The translations under genes and the position numbers were made by a program. Positions 51,610-60,954 of a DNA stretch of 64,000 bases are shown in pieces (the first letter of the stretch is position 1; every line of letters begins with the position of its first letter). The notes under the pieces are model-generated. The model was not told where the DNA came from. It made no database searches and was given only the letters and a program-made list of their open reading frames with translations. Source of the DNA: Cellvibrionales bacterium (GTDB taxonomy: Bacteria > Pseudomonadota > Gammaproteobacteria > Pseudomonadales > DT-91); NCBI GenBank assembly GCA_026708525.1, contig JAPOUS010000133.1:568-64567 (forward strand), read 5' to 3'.

Positions 51610-54425
51610 AGAGAGTTTAAAAAGGCGTTACCACTAGCAATAAACCGGTCAACGAGTGCGCCATTCGTTTGTAAAAAAGCTTGGGGTAAGCCAAAAAATT
51701 CACAGTAGAGTTCTTCAATGCGTTCGTTTTTAGACACATTCGTGTCTTTAGTGTTATTGCCAAAGTTTTTCTTCAATGTTTGTATTTGCATATCAATACG
51801 CTGTTGCTGATTGTGTGCAGGTGTTTCTTGGTTTGCTAGGATTTCGAGTTCGATACACAGTGCTTCGCCTATGGTCAGCGAGTTACTCTCAGGTGCCGAG
51901 AATCGTTGATTGGCAGCCATAACCTTTGCTTGCCACTTTTTAGGCAATAGATTTTGTGCCTCGGCAGTTTCGGTATTTTCGTGCTCGGCTTTTTTTAGGG
52001 TTTCTAGGTATTCATCAAAAGCACTGAACTGACTGACCCATTCATGCCGTTTACGTTTGGCCAAGATGGTGTCAAGATTCACTGTAAGTTTTTCAAGTGT
52101 CTGTTTTAATCGCTCGCTTTCTTTGGGAGAAATGTTTTCTACGGTAAGACATTCATGTTTGAGAGCGTTAAAAGCAGATTTCAACTCGATTGGATTGGTT
52201 GCAATGTCACTGTTGTTAGCATCATCAATTAGGCGTTGCATTTGATTTTTTTTGTCACTTATATAGTCTAAGCGATCGGCATGATCCTTTTTCTCGGCTT
52301 GGCGTTTTTGTTTCTTACGGCTATATAAGGTGTCGCCTATTTCTTTAAATTGCTGCCATAGTTTTTGTTGATCAGATCGAAACGTAATGCCGATTTTTTT
52401 CCATTGGTTTAACAAGCCTTGGTGTGTTTTTAGAGCGGTATCTGCATCGGTTTCTTCAAGCAGAGCAGAGGCTTTTTCAACAAGGGTAGCGAGCTGGTTT
52501 AGGTTGTCTGTTTTGTGGAGCTTGAGCTTTTCTTTAATAAAGTCAACGCTTTTACTGAATCGCTCTTGAGTTTTAGCGTGCTCTGATCGCTCAACAGGCG
52601 AGTATTTGCTCCATTCATTGAGAATATTGCTGAGCAATTTATCAAGCGCTTTATAATCTGTTAGATGCCAGTGTGTTTTTTCAATAAAGCCTTCGATTTC
52701 TTCGCAGATGATAAGTCGTTGCTCGAGATTAAATGCCCGTTGTGTTTTTTCTTCATTAAAGGCTTCTTTGCAGGGGCGGTAGGCCTCTTTCGCTAATGAT
52801 TGAAAGTTGTCCCAGAGTGTTTGATCTTCAGAATAGCCTAAACTTCGCCACTCAGATTGTAATTGCTTAATGGTTTTGGCTCTTTCGTCGGGTGCGATTG
52901 TTGAGTCATCAACGAGAGCTTGCATGGATTGGATGAGCCTTTCTCTGACAGGATCCGTTGAAAAACGCTTCCATTGTTTGAGCTCAACAATGCTTTTCTC
53001 TAAGCGTGAATGTTCGGCTTGGTGTTTTGAATGGTTGGTTTGATCTAGGCGTTTGAACTGACGTTTAGCAATCTGCATGTATTTTTGGGCATCCGTGAGC
53101 TGTTTGTCGTTAACAGCTGTGGATACTTTTTTAATGTGTTCAAGGTATAACTTGAGAATGCCTTTCTGTTCGTGTTTGCATTTAGTTAAGTAGGCGTTTA
53201 GTCGATCAATCCCATGACGAATTTGTTGGTTGAGTGCTGGCGCATCAGCGAGATTTTTTTCAAATTGCGAGAGCTTTACAATACTTTGTTTTACTTGGTC
53301 AATACTCACGTCGTTGGTGTCAATTTCTGATGCTTGGAGTAATAGGGTAAAGGTGTGTTTGTAGTTCGCTAAACGCTTTTCGAGCAAGATAAGTTTCTGC
53401 CCTTGAGGATCCTTTGCTAGAGGCTTATCGCCAAGCTTTTGGATTATATTTTGCTTTATTGAAATCAGAATATTGTCGATGTGTTGTGCATCAGGGCTGA
53501 CGAGTTGACCGATCGCTTGTTCAGCCTTAGCGATTTGTTCATCGAGCTTTGAAATAACTTGCTTGTATTTTGCTGCTTGTTCGTTCGCGTGGGTTGCTTG
53601 TGCTTGATCGGCTGCTTCTTTAGCAAGGCGTGATTCTATGTCGCTTATTGCTTGATGAATCGCTGTGATGGTGTCGCTGGATATCAGTGACTGATCCAAT
53701 TGTGCAAAGGCTTTTTGTTGCACATCCATAATTGAAGCCAAGGGCGATTTTTGATGTTTATTTTGGCAGTCTTGCAGTTTTTGCAGAATTAATTCGGCTT
53801 TTTGTTGTTGTTTTTCTCTCAGTTTTTTTTCTGATTGCAAAGCATCTAAACGTTGCTTGCAGGCTTTGGCTGCGGTTTTATCGCGGGATTTTAACCATTG
53901 CCACGCCTCGCGTAGAGCGGTTTCCGTTTCTAATTGGCCAATTAACTTGGTGCGAATACTGTGTTGTTTGGTGTTTTTAATAAGGGCTAATTGGTCTGAT
54001 TCATGTGGGCTAAAAGCATTAGCAATTTGATCCAATAAAGCTGCATTGCCTGTTTGTTGCACAAATGTGTCAAAGAAATCGTGGTTTTTAAGTAAAGAGA
54101 TGGTGTCTTCTTTGAATGATTGGAGCTTATACTGATCATCCAGGCGTTGAAGAATATGTTTGGAAAAGTCAGGCTTATCCGATGAATGGGGTGTTGAATT
54201 GTAGTGAGTGAGCAGATCGTCTATGCTTGGGAGTTTTGTAAAAGCGGCTAACCTAACAGAAGACTCAGCATCTTCATGGATGAGTGTAACAAGGGTTTCG
54301 AGATGGTCTTTGTTTAATTGTTCAAGTGCTTTAACACGCACTTCTGGGTCTTTGTGTTGCCACTTAGGCTTAAGGGATGGCTTAAGAGACGGCTTAAAAG
54401 AGGGTTTAAATAATTGCTTAAACAT
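51606..54425 (-). CDS. DUF349 repeat protein (large helical/coiled-coil)
   Basis: It contains several copies of the DUF349-type unit, with a conserved W/K/G pattern (KQWKRF.., SEWRSLGY....LWDNF, NEWSKYSP, NQWKKIGI.....KLWQQFKE). The preferred start is ATG 54425 (MFKQLFKPSFKPSLKPSLKPKW). The track start at 54479 is 18 codons upstream. Confidence 0.75.
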   Translation of the reverse strand: MFKQLFKPSFKPSLKPSLKPKWQHKDPEVRVKALEQLNKDHLETLVTLIHEDAESSVRLAAFTKLPSIDDLLTHYNSTPHSSDKPDFSKHILQRLDDQYKLQSFKEDTISLLKNHDFFDTFVQQTGNAALLDQIANAFSPHESDQLALIKNTKQHSIRTKLIGQLETETALREAWQWLKSRDKTAAKACKQRLDALQSEKKLREKQQQKAELILQKLQDCQNKHQKSPLASIMDVQQKAFAQLDQSLISSDTITAIHQAISDIESRLAKEAADQAQATHANEQAAKYKQVISKLDEQIAKAEQAIGQLVSPDAQHIDNILISIKQNIIQKLGDKPLAKDPQGQKLILLEKRLANYKHTFTLLLQASEIDTNDVSIDQVKQSIVKLSQFEKNLADAPALNQQIRHGIDRLNAYLTKCKHEQKGILKLYLEHIKKVSTAVNDKQLTDAQKYMQIAKRQFKRLDQTNHSKHQAEHSRLEKSIVELKQWKRFSTDPVRERLIQSMQALVDDSTIAPDERAKTIKQLQSEWRSLGYSEDQTLWDNFQSLAKEAYRPCKEAFNEEKTQRAFNLEQRLIICEEIEGFIEKTHWHLTDYKALDKLLSNILNEWSKYSPVERSEHAKTQERFSKSVDFIKEKLKLHKTDNLNQLATLVEKASALLEETDADTALKTHQGLLNQWKKIGITFRSDQQKLWQQFKEIGDTLYSRKKQKRQAEKKDHADRLDYISDKKNQMQRLIDDANNSDIATNPIELKSAFNALKHECLTVENISPKESERLKQTLEKLTVNLDTILAKRKRHEWVSQFSAFDEYLETLKKAEHENTETAEAQNLLPKKWQAKVMAANQRFSAPESNSLTIGEALCIELEILANQETPAHNQQQRIDMQIQTLKKNFGNNTKDTNVSKNERIEELYCEFFGLPQAFLQTNGALVDRFIASGNAFLNSL

Positions 54426-54610
54426 CGTAAAACTGCCAGTCGATAAGTTATAATGCAAGATTTTAGAGGGTGTTCTCAATTAAATCCAATGTTTAGGGCG
54501 AGTAAACAAATGTTGTCAATTGAAGTACTAGACTCAACCCATAGAATTTATTACATCATCCATTGCTGATAAAGCAGTGTAAAATACCATTTTTCTGACC
54601 GAATGAGAAT

Positions 54611-56740
54611 ATGCTCTCCAACCAGTTAAAATCATCAATTCAGCAGGCTTATAGTCAGTTATTAAAGAACAAGTCATTAAAGCCTCGTGCCGGTCAAAAG
54701 GAGATGATTGCTACCATTGCCCGGAGCCTTGCTGCGATTGAATCTGATGGCGATGGCAATCGTATCAATAATGCAGGCATCTCAGTGATTGAAGCCGGTA
54801 CTGGTACAGGGAAAACAGTCGCCTACACACTGGCGGTCTTGCCTATAGCGGCAGCCCTTAAAAAGAAAGTGGTAATTTCAACGGCAACGGTTGCCCTGCA
54901 AAGTCAAATTATTCACCGAGATCTGCCGGATATCCAAAAGCACAGCCAGTTAGCATTTAACTTTTCATTGGCTAAAGGGCGAGGGCGTTACTTGTGTTTA
55001 AGTCAACTGGATCGGCATTTACAGCAAGATCTAGCGCAAGAGCCACTCTTTGGTGCGGAGAGTTTTTCTCCGATTGAACAAGATGATCAAGTCATCGTTG
55101 AAACGCTGGCGCAATCCTTGTTGCGCGGAAATTGGTCAGGCGATAGAGATGATTGGTCGGATGAAATAGATGATGTGTTGTGGAGTAAGCTCACATCAGA
55201 TCGACATATGTGCGCTGGCAGGCGTTGTCAACACGTTGGCCAATGCGCTTTTTTTAAAGCCCGTGAAATGCTCACTAAGGTGGATTGTGTGGTGGCTAAT
55301 CATGACTTAGTCATGGCCGATTTAGCATTGGGTGGCGGCGTGATTCTTCCAGACCCTTCGGAGACGATTTATATTTTTGATGAAGCGCACCACTTGCCTG
55401 ATATTGCTCTCAGGCATTTTTCTGGCCAGGTGCGCATACAAGGGAGTTTATTTTGGTTTGATCAGGCCATTAAAGCGGTAGCGACAATCCAAAAAGACTA
55501 TGCCAGTTTTCACGCGTTAATGAAGCCTCTGGATGAGCTGCCTTCACTGCTACTTGAGGCAAAGACGCAATTTACAGCGCTTAAACCGTTAATTGAGCAG
55601 GCAATAGCGCCACTTTTAAGCTCTCTTACGGAAGAGTCTCAAAATAACTTGCCGCATTACCGATTTCCGAAAGGGGAAGTGCCTGAGTCGATGCAGCTTA
55701 TTGCAAAATCATTAGGTCAGGTGTTTGCAAGCCTTTGTGTACAGTTTGAAAGCGCGCATCAAGTCATTGATGATGCGATGGAAGAGAATAGCTCGGGGCT
55801 TTCGCAAGATATATTAGAGTGGTTGCTAACGGAAGTCGGGCAAATGCTGAATATTTGCCAGAAACAATGGCATCTATGGCAAGCGTATCAACATCAGCAG
55901 GACGATTTACCTGATGCTCGATGGATTCAGCTTCTTAGTCATAACGATGTTATTGAGTATGAGTTATGTACAAGCCCGTTGCTAGCTGCACAAACTTTGT
56001 CGCAACACCTTTGGCAAAAGTGTGCAGGGGCTGTGCTTACCTCGGCAACCATTACAAGCTTAGGCAATTTTTCGCGTATTCGTATGCAAGCAGGCTTGCC
56101 TAAATGGGTGCAAACGGCTGTGGTACAAAGCCCATTTAATTATCAAGATAATGCCGCGTTTGTGGTGCCAAGCCTTCAAGTCGAACCGCATTTAACCGAA
56201 AAGCACAGTGAAGAAATTGCTGATCATCTGCCGAAGTTAATTCAAGGGCATTTAGGCATTTTGGTGCTATTTTCATCCAAACGGCAATTGAATGAGGTGT
56301 ATGAGCAAGTGCCTGCAAGTTTTCAGGAAAAAACCCTGGCCCAAACCCAAATGAATAAGCAGCGTTTATTGTCTCGTCATGTTGAAGCGATTGATAAAGG
56401 TAAGCAAAGCATTATTTTTGGTCTCGCAAGTTTAGCTGAGGGCATCGACTTACCGGGGACACATTGCACGCATGTGGTTATTGCTAAGTTGCCTTTTTCA
56501 GTTCCTGATGATCCGGTGGATTCAGCGTTAGCTGAGTGGATGGAAGATAATGGCAGAAACCCCTTTATGGAAATCACTTTGCCTGATGCTTCTCGCCGAT
56601 TAATTCAAGCCTGTGGTCGGTTAATTCGAACCGAAAAAGATAAAGGCCAAATTACGTTAATGGATAAGCGTGTCATTACCAAACGTTATGGTAGGTTATT
56701 GTTGGATGCCTTGCCTGCCTTTCGACAAGAGTTAGGTTAA
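54611..56740 (+). CDS. dinG: ATP-dependent DNA helicase DinG (Fe-S, XPD-like)
   Basis: 709 aa. Walker A is AGTGTGKT and the DEAH box is FDEAHH. A Cys cluster (C..., CAGRRCQHVGQC) is consistent with a 4Fe-4S domain. The C-terminal helicase motifs GLASLAEGIDLPG and QACGRLIR are present. Confidence 0.88.
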   Translation: MLSNQLKSSIQQAYSQLLKNKSLKPRAGQKEMIATIARSLAAIESDGDGNRINNAGISVIEAGTGTGKTVAYTLAVLPIAAALKKKVVISTATVALQSQIIHRDLPDIQKHSQLAFNFSLAKGRGRYLCLSQLDRHLQQDLAQEPLFGAESFSPIEQDDQVIVETLAQSLLRGNWSGDRDDWSDEIDDVLWSKLTSDRHMCAGRRCQHVGQCAFFKAREMLTKVDCVVANHDLVMADLALGGGVILPDPSETIYIFDEAHHLPDIALRHFSGQVRIQGSLFWFDQAIKAVATIQKDYASFHALMKPLDELPSLLLEAKTQFTALKPLIEQAIAPLLSSLTEESQNNLPHYRFPKGEVPESMQLIAKSLGQVFASLCVQFESAHQVIDDAMEENSSGLSQDILEWLLTEVGQMLNICQKQWHLWQAYQHQQDDLPDARWIQLLSHNDVIEYELCTSPLLAAQTLSQHLWQKCAGAVLTSATITSLGNFSRIRMQAGLPKWVQTAVVQSPFNYQDNAAFVVPSLQVEPHLTEKHSEEIADHLPKLIQGHLGILVLFSSKRQLNEVYEQVPASFQEKTLAQTQMNKQRLLSRHVEAIDKGKQSIIFGLASLAEGIDLPGTHCTHVVIAKLPFSVPDDPVDSALAEWMEDNGRNPFMEITLPDASRRLIQACGRLIRTEKDKGQITLMDKRVITKRYGRLLLDALPAFRQELG

Positions 56741-56743
56741 ACC

Positions 56744-57061
56744 ATGTCACAGAAGGTGTCACAATTACTTGATAAATTAGAGCAGGTGCTCAGGGCGCAA
56801 GATCTTTGGACGGTAGAATCCCCTTCTGAAGAGGCTTTAATGAGCCAAGAGCCTTTTGCTGTTGATCAGATGGATTTTAATGAATGGCTGCAATGGCTGT
56901 TTATTCCTCGAGTTAAAATGCTGATTGAAGAACAAATTCCTCTGCCAAAAGGCGCTAATCTATCGGCAATGGGAGAAGTGTTTTGCCAGGTGAAATGCAT
57001 TTCCACTAACGATTTACTTGTGTGCCTTAACCAAATCGATGAAGCGATGAACGGCCACTGA
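56744..57061 (+). CDS. YqcC-family protein (DUF446)
   Basis: 105 aa. PFAVDQMDFNEWLQWLFIPR and LPKGANLSAM resemble the YqcC family. The assignment is by eye. Confidence 0.6.
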   Translation: MSQKVSQLLDKLEQVLRAQDLWTVESPSEEALMSQEPFAVDQMDFNEWLQWLFIPRVKMLIEEQIPLPKGANLSAMGEVFCQVKCISTNDLLVCLNQIDEAMNGH

Positions 57062-57187
57062 TTCGGTAAAAAGTCTCAAGTCATACTATTAAGCGTGTAA
57101 GATTTTGCAATTTTTATGCTCTCTTGGTAGCTTCTTTTTCTGCGTTATTTTTTATTCTTTCAAATAACAAAAACAAAGGAAAGTGTA

Positions 57188-58174
57188 ATGAAAAAATTGC
57201 TTGTGCCGGTAATTGCAGGCTCTCTTTTAACTGGCTGTGTTGACGAGCTTCTTGACTTCTTTGAGTTGCCTGTTGAGGAAGAGGTTGTAGATCAAACGCC
57301 AAAAAATCGTTATGACATTAATTACTATGAGCAGTTCAAATCTACGGATTTAGATAATCTTGAAGGCAACTGGGTATTAATAAATAAAGATTTACAAGGT
57401 GAAAATGTTGTTGTTGACCCTGAAGCGGATATTTCTGCCAAGATGGTGGTTGATGGCAATGGATTGGCACTCTTTACGTTATCCGATAATGAAAATGATG
57501 GCGACGCTTCAATCAAATTACCGAATGCTGGATATCGTTCTGACAAAGGTGCACTACTTACACTAACGGAGTCAGACGGTATCTATACTTCAGAAGATGG
57601 CACCTTGACATTAACTTTAGTTGATAATGGTCGATTAACGGGAACTTACGAACTGACTGATGATGTAGATGATGCCTCAGGAGCTTACTCGGCCTCTGCT
57701 AAGGTGGAGCTAGTCAAAATTAATGACTCAATTGCCTTAGAAGGTACTTTGAATCTCAGTTCAGATGATGGAGTATCTATTGATCATACGGTGGAATTTT
57801 TGACGGATATGCAAGGCGCTATTACCCTGTCTAAAGTAACTGAAGGCGAAGAAGACATTTTGTTTCAAGATGATGATATTCGAACTATAGCAGTGTCGGA
57901 TAATGGCTTCAGTTATTTTGCCTCTTTTTCAAGTACAGATGCTGAAACCATTGTAATAGAAAATGAAGCAGGGACAGCTTCTCTAACAATTATTCCATCA
58001 GATGGCATAGAGTATACAAGTGATGCTTTAACCTACAAAGACCAAGTCAATACCGTAGTAGCTAACAGTGAATCCTATGGCTTTGATTCAGTAAGTGTTT
58101 CATTTAGTGCTACCGATGTCACTGAGCCTGAGACCCCGGTTGATTTTTCAATGACGCTTGATGCGAGCTGGTAA
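57188..58174 (+). CDS. acidic lipoprotein of unknown function
   Basis: 328 aa with a lipobox SLLTGC after a signal peptide. It is very D/E/T/S-rich with no recognised domain. AAGGAAAG precedes the ATG. Confidence 0.65.
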   Translation: MKKLLVPVIAGSLLTGCVDELLDFFELPVEEEVVDQTPKNRYDINYYEQFKSTDLDNLEGNWVLINKDLQGENVVVDPEADISAKMVVDGNGLALFTLSDNENDGDASIKLPNAGYRSDKGALLTLTESDGIYTSEDGTLTLTLVDNGRLTGTYELTDDVDDASGAYSASAKVELVKINDSIALEGTLNLSSDDGVSIDHTVEFLTDMQGAITLSKVTEGEEDILFQDDDIRTIAVSDNGFSYFASFSSTDAETIVIENEAGTASLTIIPSDGIEYTSDALTYKDQVNTVVANSESYGFDSVSVSFSATDVTEPETPVDFSMTLDASW

Positions 58175-58181
58175 AGTCTTT

Positions 58182-58212
58182 TGAGGGCAATTGCCCTCAC
58201 CGTCTTTTGTCT
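58182..58212 (+). terminator. hairpin after the lipoprotein gene
   Basis: Perfect 18-nt palindrome TGAGGGCAATTGCCCTCA followed by CCGTCTTTTGTCTTG. Confidence 0.55.
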
Positions 58213-58285
58213 TGCGTTTTCCTTCTCTTTTATTCATTGGCTGGCCGTGTAAAAATGCATGTATTCTATAGACGTGCTTAGACAG

Positions 58286-59176
58286 ATGAATTTAAACGAC
58301 CTACCCATATTTGTGAAAGTCGCAGAACTTCAAGGCATCTCAAAAGCCGCAGATGCATTGAATTTGCCAAAATCCAAAGTTAGCCGACGACTCACTGAGC
58401 TTGAGCAGAGTTTAGGTGTGCGTTTGCTTGAGCGAAATACTCGAGCGGTTCGATTAACGGATATGGGGCAAGCCCTTTTTATCCGCGCCCAAAAAGTATT
58501 GGATGAGGCGGAGCTTGCTAAGGAGTCTGTATTAAGTCTTAAGGATGAACCTGAGGGTGTTTTGCGCATAACGACTTCGTTATCGTTAGGACAGTATCTT
58601 TTAGCGCCTATTGTTGCCGAGTTTAGTTTACTGTATCCAAAAATTTCGGTTGATTTGGATTTGTCGAATCGTCGAGTGGATATGATTAGAGAAGGGTTTG
58701 ATTGTGCAATTCGTGTAGGGCAGTTGGATGATTCTCAGTTAGTTTGTCAGCATTTGTTACAATCGTCAGGCGCATTTTTTGCCTCTGAAGATTACCTTAA
58801 GCGGTTTGGAGTGCCTATGTCTTTTCAGGCATTGGAATCACATCGACTACTAACCATGCGAGACCAAATCGGCCGCAAGGAATGGATGGCGATGAACCCC
58901 GAAGGTAAAGAAGAACGTATTCGTGTAAAACCCACCATTGAAATGAATGATTTTTCTTCATTGAAAATGGCTGCCGAAGCAGGCGCTGGGGTAATTTTGT
59001 TGCCATTGATGATTGCAGAGCAAAGCCTGACATCAGGAAAACTGGTGCAGGTGTTGCCAGATTATCGTTTACCTTCGATTGATTATTATCTATTGTATCC
59101 AAGCGTTAAGGGGCTACCTAAAAAAACGCGGCTGTTTATTGAGTTTGTTAAAGCGCAGATAAACGCAGGCAATTGA
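58286..59176 (+). CDS. LysR-family transcriptional regulator
   Basis: It has an N-terminal wHTH (MNLNDLPIFVKVAELQGISKAADALNLPKSKVSRRLTELEQSLGVRLLERNTR) and a C-terminal substrate-binding domain. The track start at 58259 adds 9 residues. ATG 58286 matches the usual LysR N-terminus. Confidence 0.88.
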   Translation: MNLNDLPIFVKVAELQGISKAADALNLPKSKVSRRLTELEQSLGVRLLERNTRAVRLTDMGQALFIRAQKVLDEAELAKESVLSLKDEPEGVLRITTSLSLGQYLLAPIVAEFSLLYPKISVDLDLSNRRVDMIREGFDCAIRVGQLDDSQLVCQHLLQSSGAFFASEDYLKRFGVPMSFQALESHRLLTMRDQIGRKEWMAMNPEGKEERIRVKPTIEMNDFSSLKMAAEAGAGVILLPLMIAEQSLTSGKLVQVLPDYRLPSIDYYLLYPSVKGLPKKTRLFIEFVKAQINAGN

Positions 59177-59186
59177 AAAAAATGAT

Positions 59187-59211
59187 GATCGACTGAGTTA
59201 GCCAGTCGATC
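59187..59211. terminator. hairpin between the convergent LysR gene and the SDR operon
   Basis: Perfect 9-bp stem GATCGACTG/CAGTCGATC with a 7-nt loop, between two convergent stop codons. A-rich sequence lies 5' and T-containing sequence 3'. Confidence 0.55.
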
Positions 59212-59218
59212 CATTTGA

Positions 59219-60220
59219 TTAAGCGTTAGAGAGATGGTTAACGGTTAATTTAATGCCTTCGGCAAGTGATACTTTCGGTGTATAACCAAAATCTTTATTT
59301 GCTTTTTCGATCGAATAATAGTGGTGCGTCACCATATACTTAATCGCAAACCGTGTCATACCGTTTTCTTTTAAACTGCCGCCTTTGAGTTTATCAAAGC
59401 CTTCAACACAGGCTGCGACACAATAGGCTAACCAAAAGGGAACTTTTTTAGTGATTTTAGGGTGACCCATCTCAACAATAAAATCTTCAACAAAATCAAA
59501 AAAAGCCATGGGTTCGCCATTAGTAATAAAGTACGCTTGTCCATCTAAAGCGCTGCCAATAGCTAGCTTTTCTTCAGCTTGTAATACCCCATCAACTAAG
59601 TTACTGATGTAGGTAAAATCCGATAATTTATCTCGATTACCAACGGCGCGGTTAAGCTTGCCTTCTTCTAACCTTTGTAAAATATTAGGTACGAAGCGGT
59701 TATCTTCTGGGCCAAACACTACATGAGGCCTTATGGCGCAAACAGCTGTACTTTGTGTGCCGCTAAAAGCCAGTGCGATTTTTTCAGCCGCAATTTTGGA
59801 ATCGGCATAATCAGCTTGTGAAATAGACGAATAAGGTAGTGTTTCGTCGCCGTTTTCAATGTCTTTGCCTTCATACACAGCAGAGGCAGAGCTGATATAA
59901 ACCAGCTTGGGTATGTTGTGGATTTTGCAAGCATCAATGATGTTTTCAGTACCGCCGAGATTAACATCCCAGACCATTTTTTTAAGGACTTGTTTGGTTA
60001 ATACAATAGAGGCATTGTGTACAACAGTATCCATGCCCTCGCAGGCTTTAAGTACGGCATTTTTATCGCGAATATCGCAATCAATAAAGGTGACATCGGA
60101 GCGGAACGGCTTGCCATTGTAATCCAAGACGGTGACATCACAGCCTTGCTCAACAAAACCATTGACTAAATTTTTGCCGATAAAACCGCAGCCGCCTGTG
60201 ACTAAAACACGTTTTTTCAT
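59219..60220 (-). CDS. NAD(P)-dependent 3-beta-hydroxysteroid dehydrogenase/isomerase-family (extended SDR) protein
   Basis: Rossmann motif VTGGCGFIG and catalytic YADSK (YxxxK), about 333 aa. The track start at 60340 lies inside the upstream gene. ATG 60220 (MKKRVLVTGG) follows a GGAGAG Shine-Dalgarno sequence. Confidence 0.8.
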   Translation of the reverse strand: MKKRVLVTGGCGFIGKNLVNGFVEQGCDVTVLDYNGKPFRSDVTFIDCDIRDKNAVLKACEGMDTVVHNASIVLTKQVLKKMVWDVNLGGTENIIDACKIHNIPKLVYISSASAVYEGKDIENGDETLPYSSISQADYADSKIAAEKIALAFSGTQSTAVCAIRPHVVFGPEDNRFVPNILQRLEEGKLNRAVGNRDKLSDFTYISNLVDGVLQAEEKLAIGSALDGQAYFITNGEPMAFFDFVEDFIVEMGHPKITKKVPFWLAYCVAACVEGFDKLKGGSLKENGMTRFAIKYMVTHHYYSIEKANKDFGYTPKVSLAEGIKLTVNHLSNA

Positions 60221-60230
60221 TGCTCTCTCC

Positions 60231-60905
60231 TTAAGCGTAAGTGCCAAACATCTTGTCCCAGAATGGGAAGATGGAAGCGTAATTTCGGTTGAGATGTACG
60301 CCATGATGGATGTCATGTTTTTGCGCCCAGTAGTTGGCAAGCTTCATCGATGGGTGTTCCCATTTGATATTGGCGTGAACCAAAATGTTGCAAGTTGAGT
60401 AAACAAAAAAGGCTAACAAGAATCCTTCACTGGATACTGGCCCTAACATAAAGATTGAGAGTAAAAACAACCCATTACCGCCAATGCCTTCTAAAGGGTG
60501 AACGTAGATACTTTCAAATGCAGTAGGGTGACGAATGTAATGATGCACACCATGAATTTGCTTCATAATTTTGGGGTGATGCATGCCACGATGGAAGAAG
60601 TAATAGATAAAATCATACAGTAATAAAATGGCCAAACCTTCGCCAAAGATGGTGAGGTAGCTGGCTGATTCGGTATAAATCATTGCAGTACCTGCGAAGT
60701 ATAAGGTGCCCAGTAATAACAAAACGGATACACCCATGTTGCCACTGACGTTGATGATTTTTTTCATTAAGGTAACGCGGTTAGGTTTAGGTTCTCTAAG
60801 GCGTTTATGTGGCATTTTGACCACAGCGGCATATTGCATAAAAGCCATGAGCAAACCTGCCCACGTCATAATGATGGCAATACCAATGATTAGCGTGGTT
60901 GGCAT
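60231..60905 (-). CDS. fatty acid hydroxylase / sterol desaturase superfamily membrane di-iron oxygenase
   Basis: 224 aa with about 4 hydrophobic helices. The three His boxes are HRGMHH, HGVHH and HDIHHGVH. AAGGAG lies 6 nt upstream of the ATG. Confidence 0.8.
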   Translation of the reverse strand: MPTTLIIGIAIIMTWAGLLMAFMQYAAVVKMPHKRLREPKPNRVTLMKKIINVSGNMGVSVLLLLGTLYFAGTAMIYTESASYLTIFGEGLAILLLYDFIYYFFHRGMHHPKIMKQIHGVHHYIRHPTAFESIYVHPLEGIGGNGLFLLSIFMLGPVSSEGFLLAFFVYSTCNILVHANIKWEHPSMKLANYWAQKHDIHHGVHLNRNYASIFPFWDKMFGTYA

Positions 60906-60954
60906 GGAGTTCTCCTTTTATTTGTTAATTTTTATTTTTTTTATGTTGTGAATA

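Noticed and set aside
54426-54610. LexA (SOS) box upstream of dinG
   Set aside because: I looked for CTGT-N8-ACAG and found only CTG-N6-CAG (CTGATAAAGCAG), which has the wrong spacing. I make no SOS-box call.
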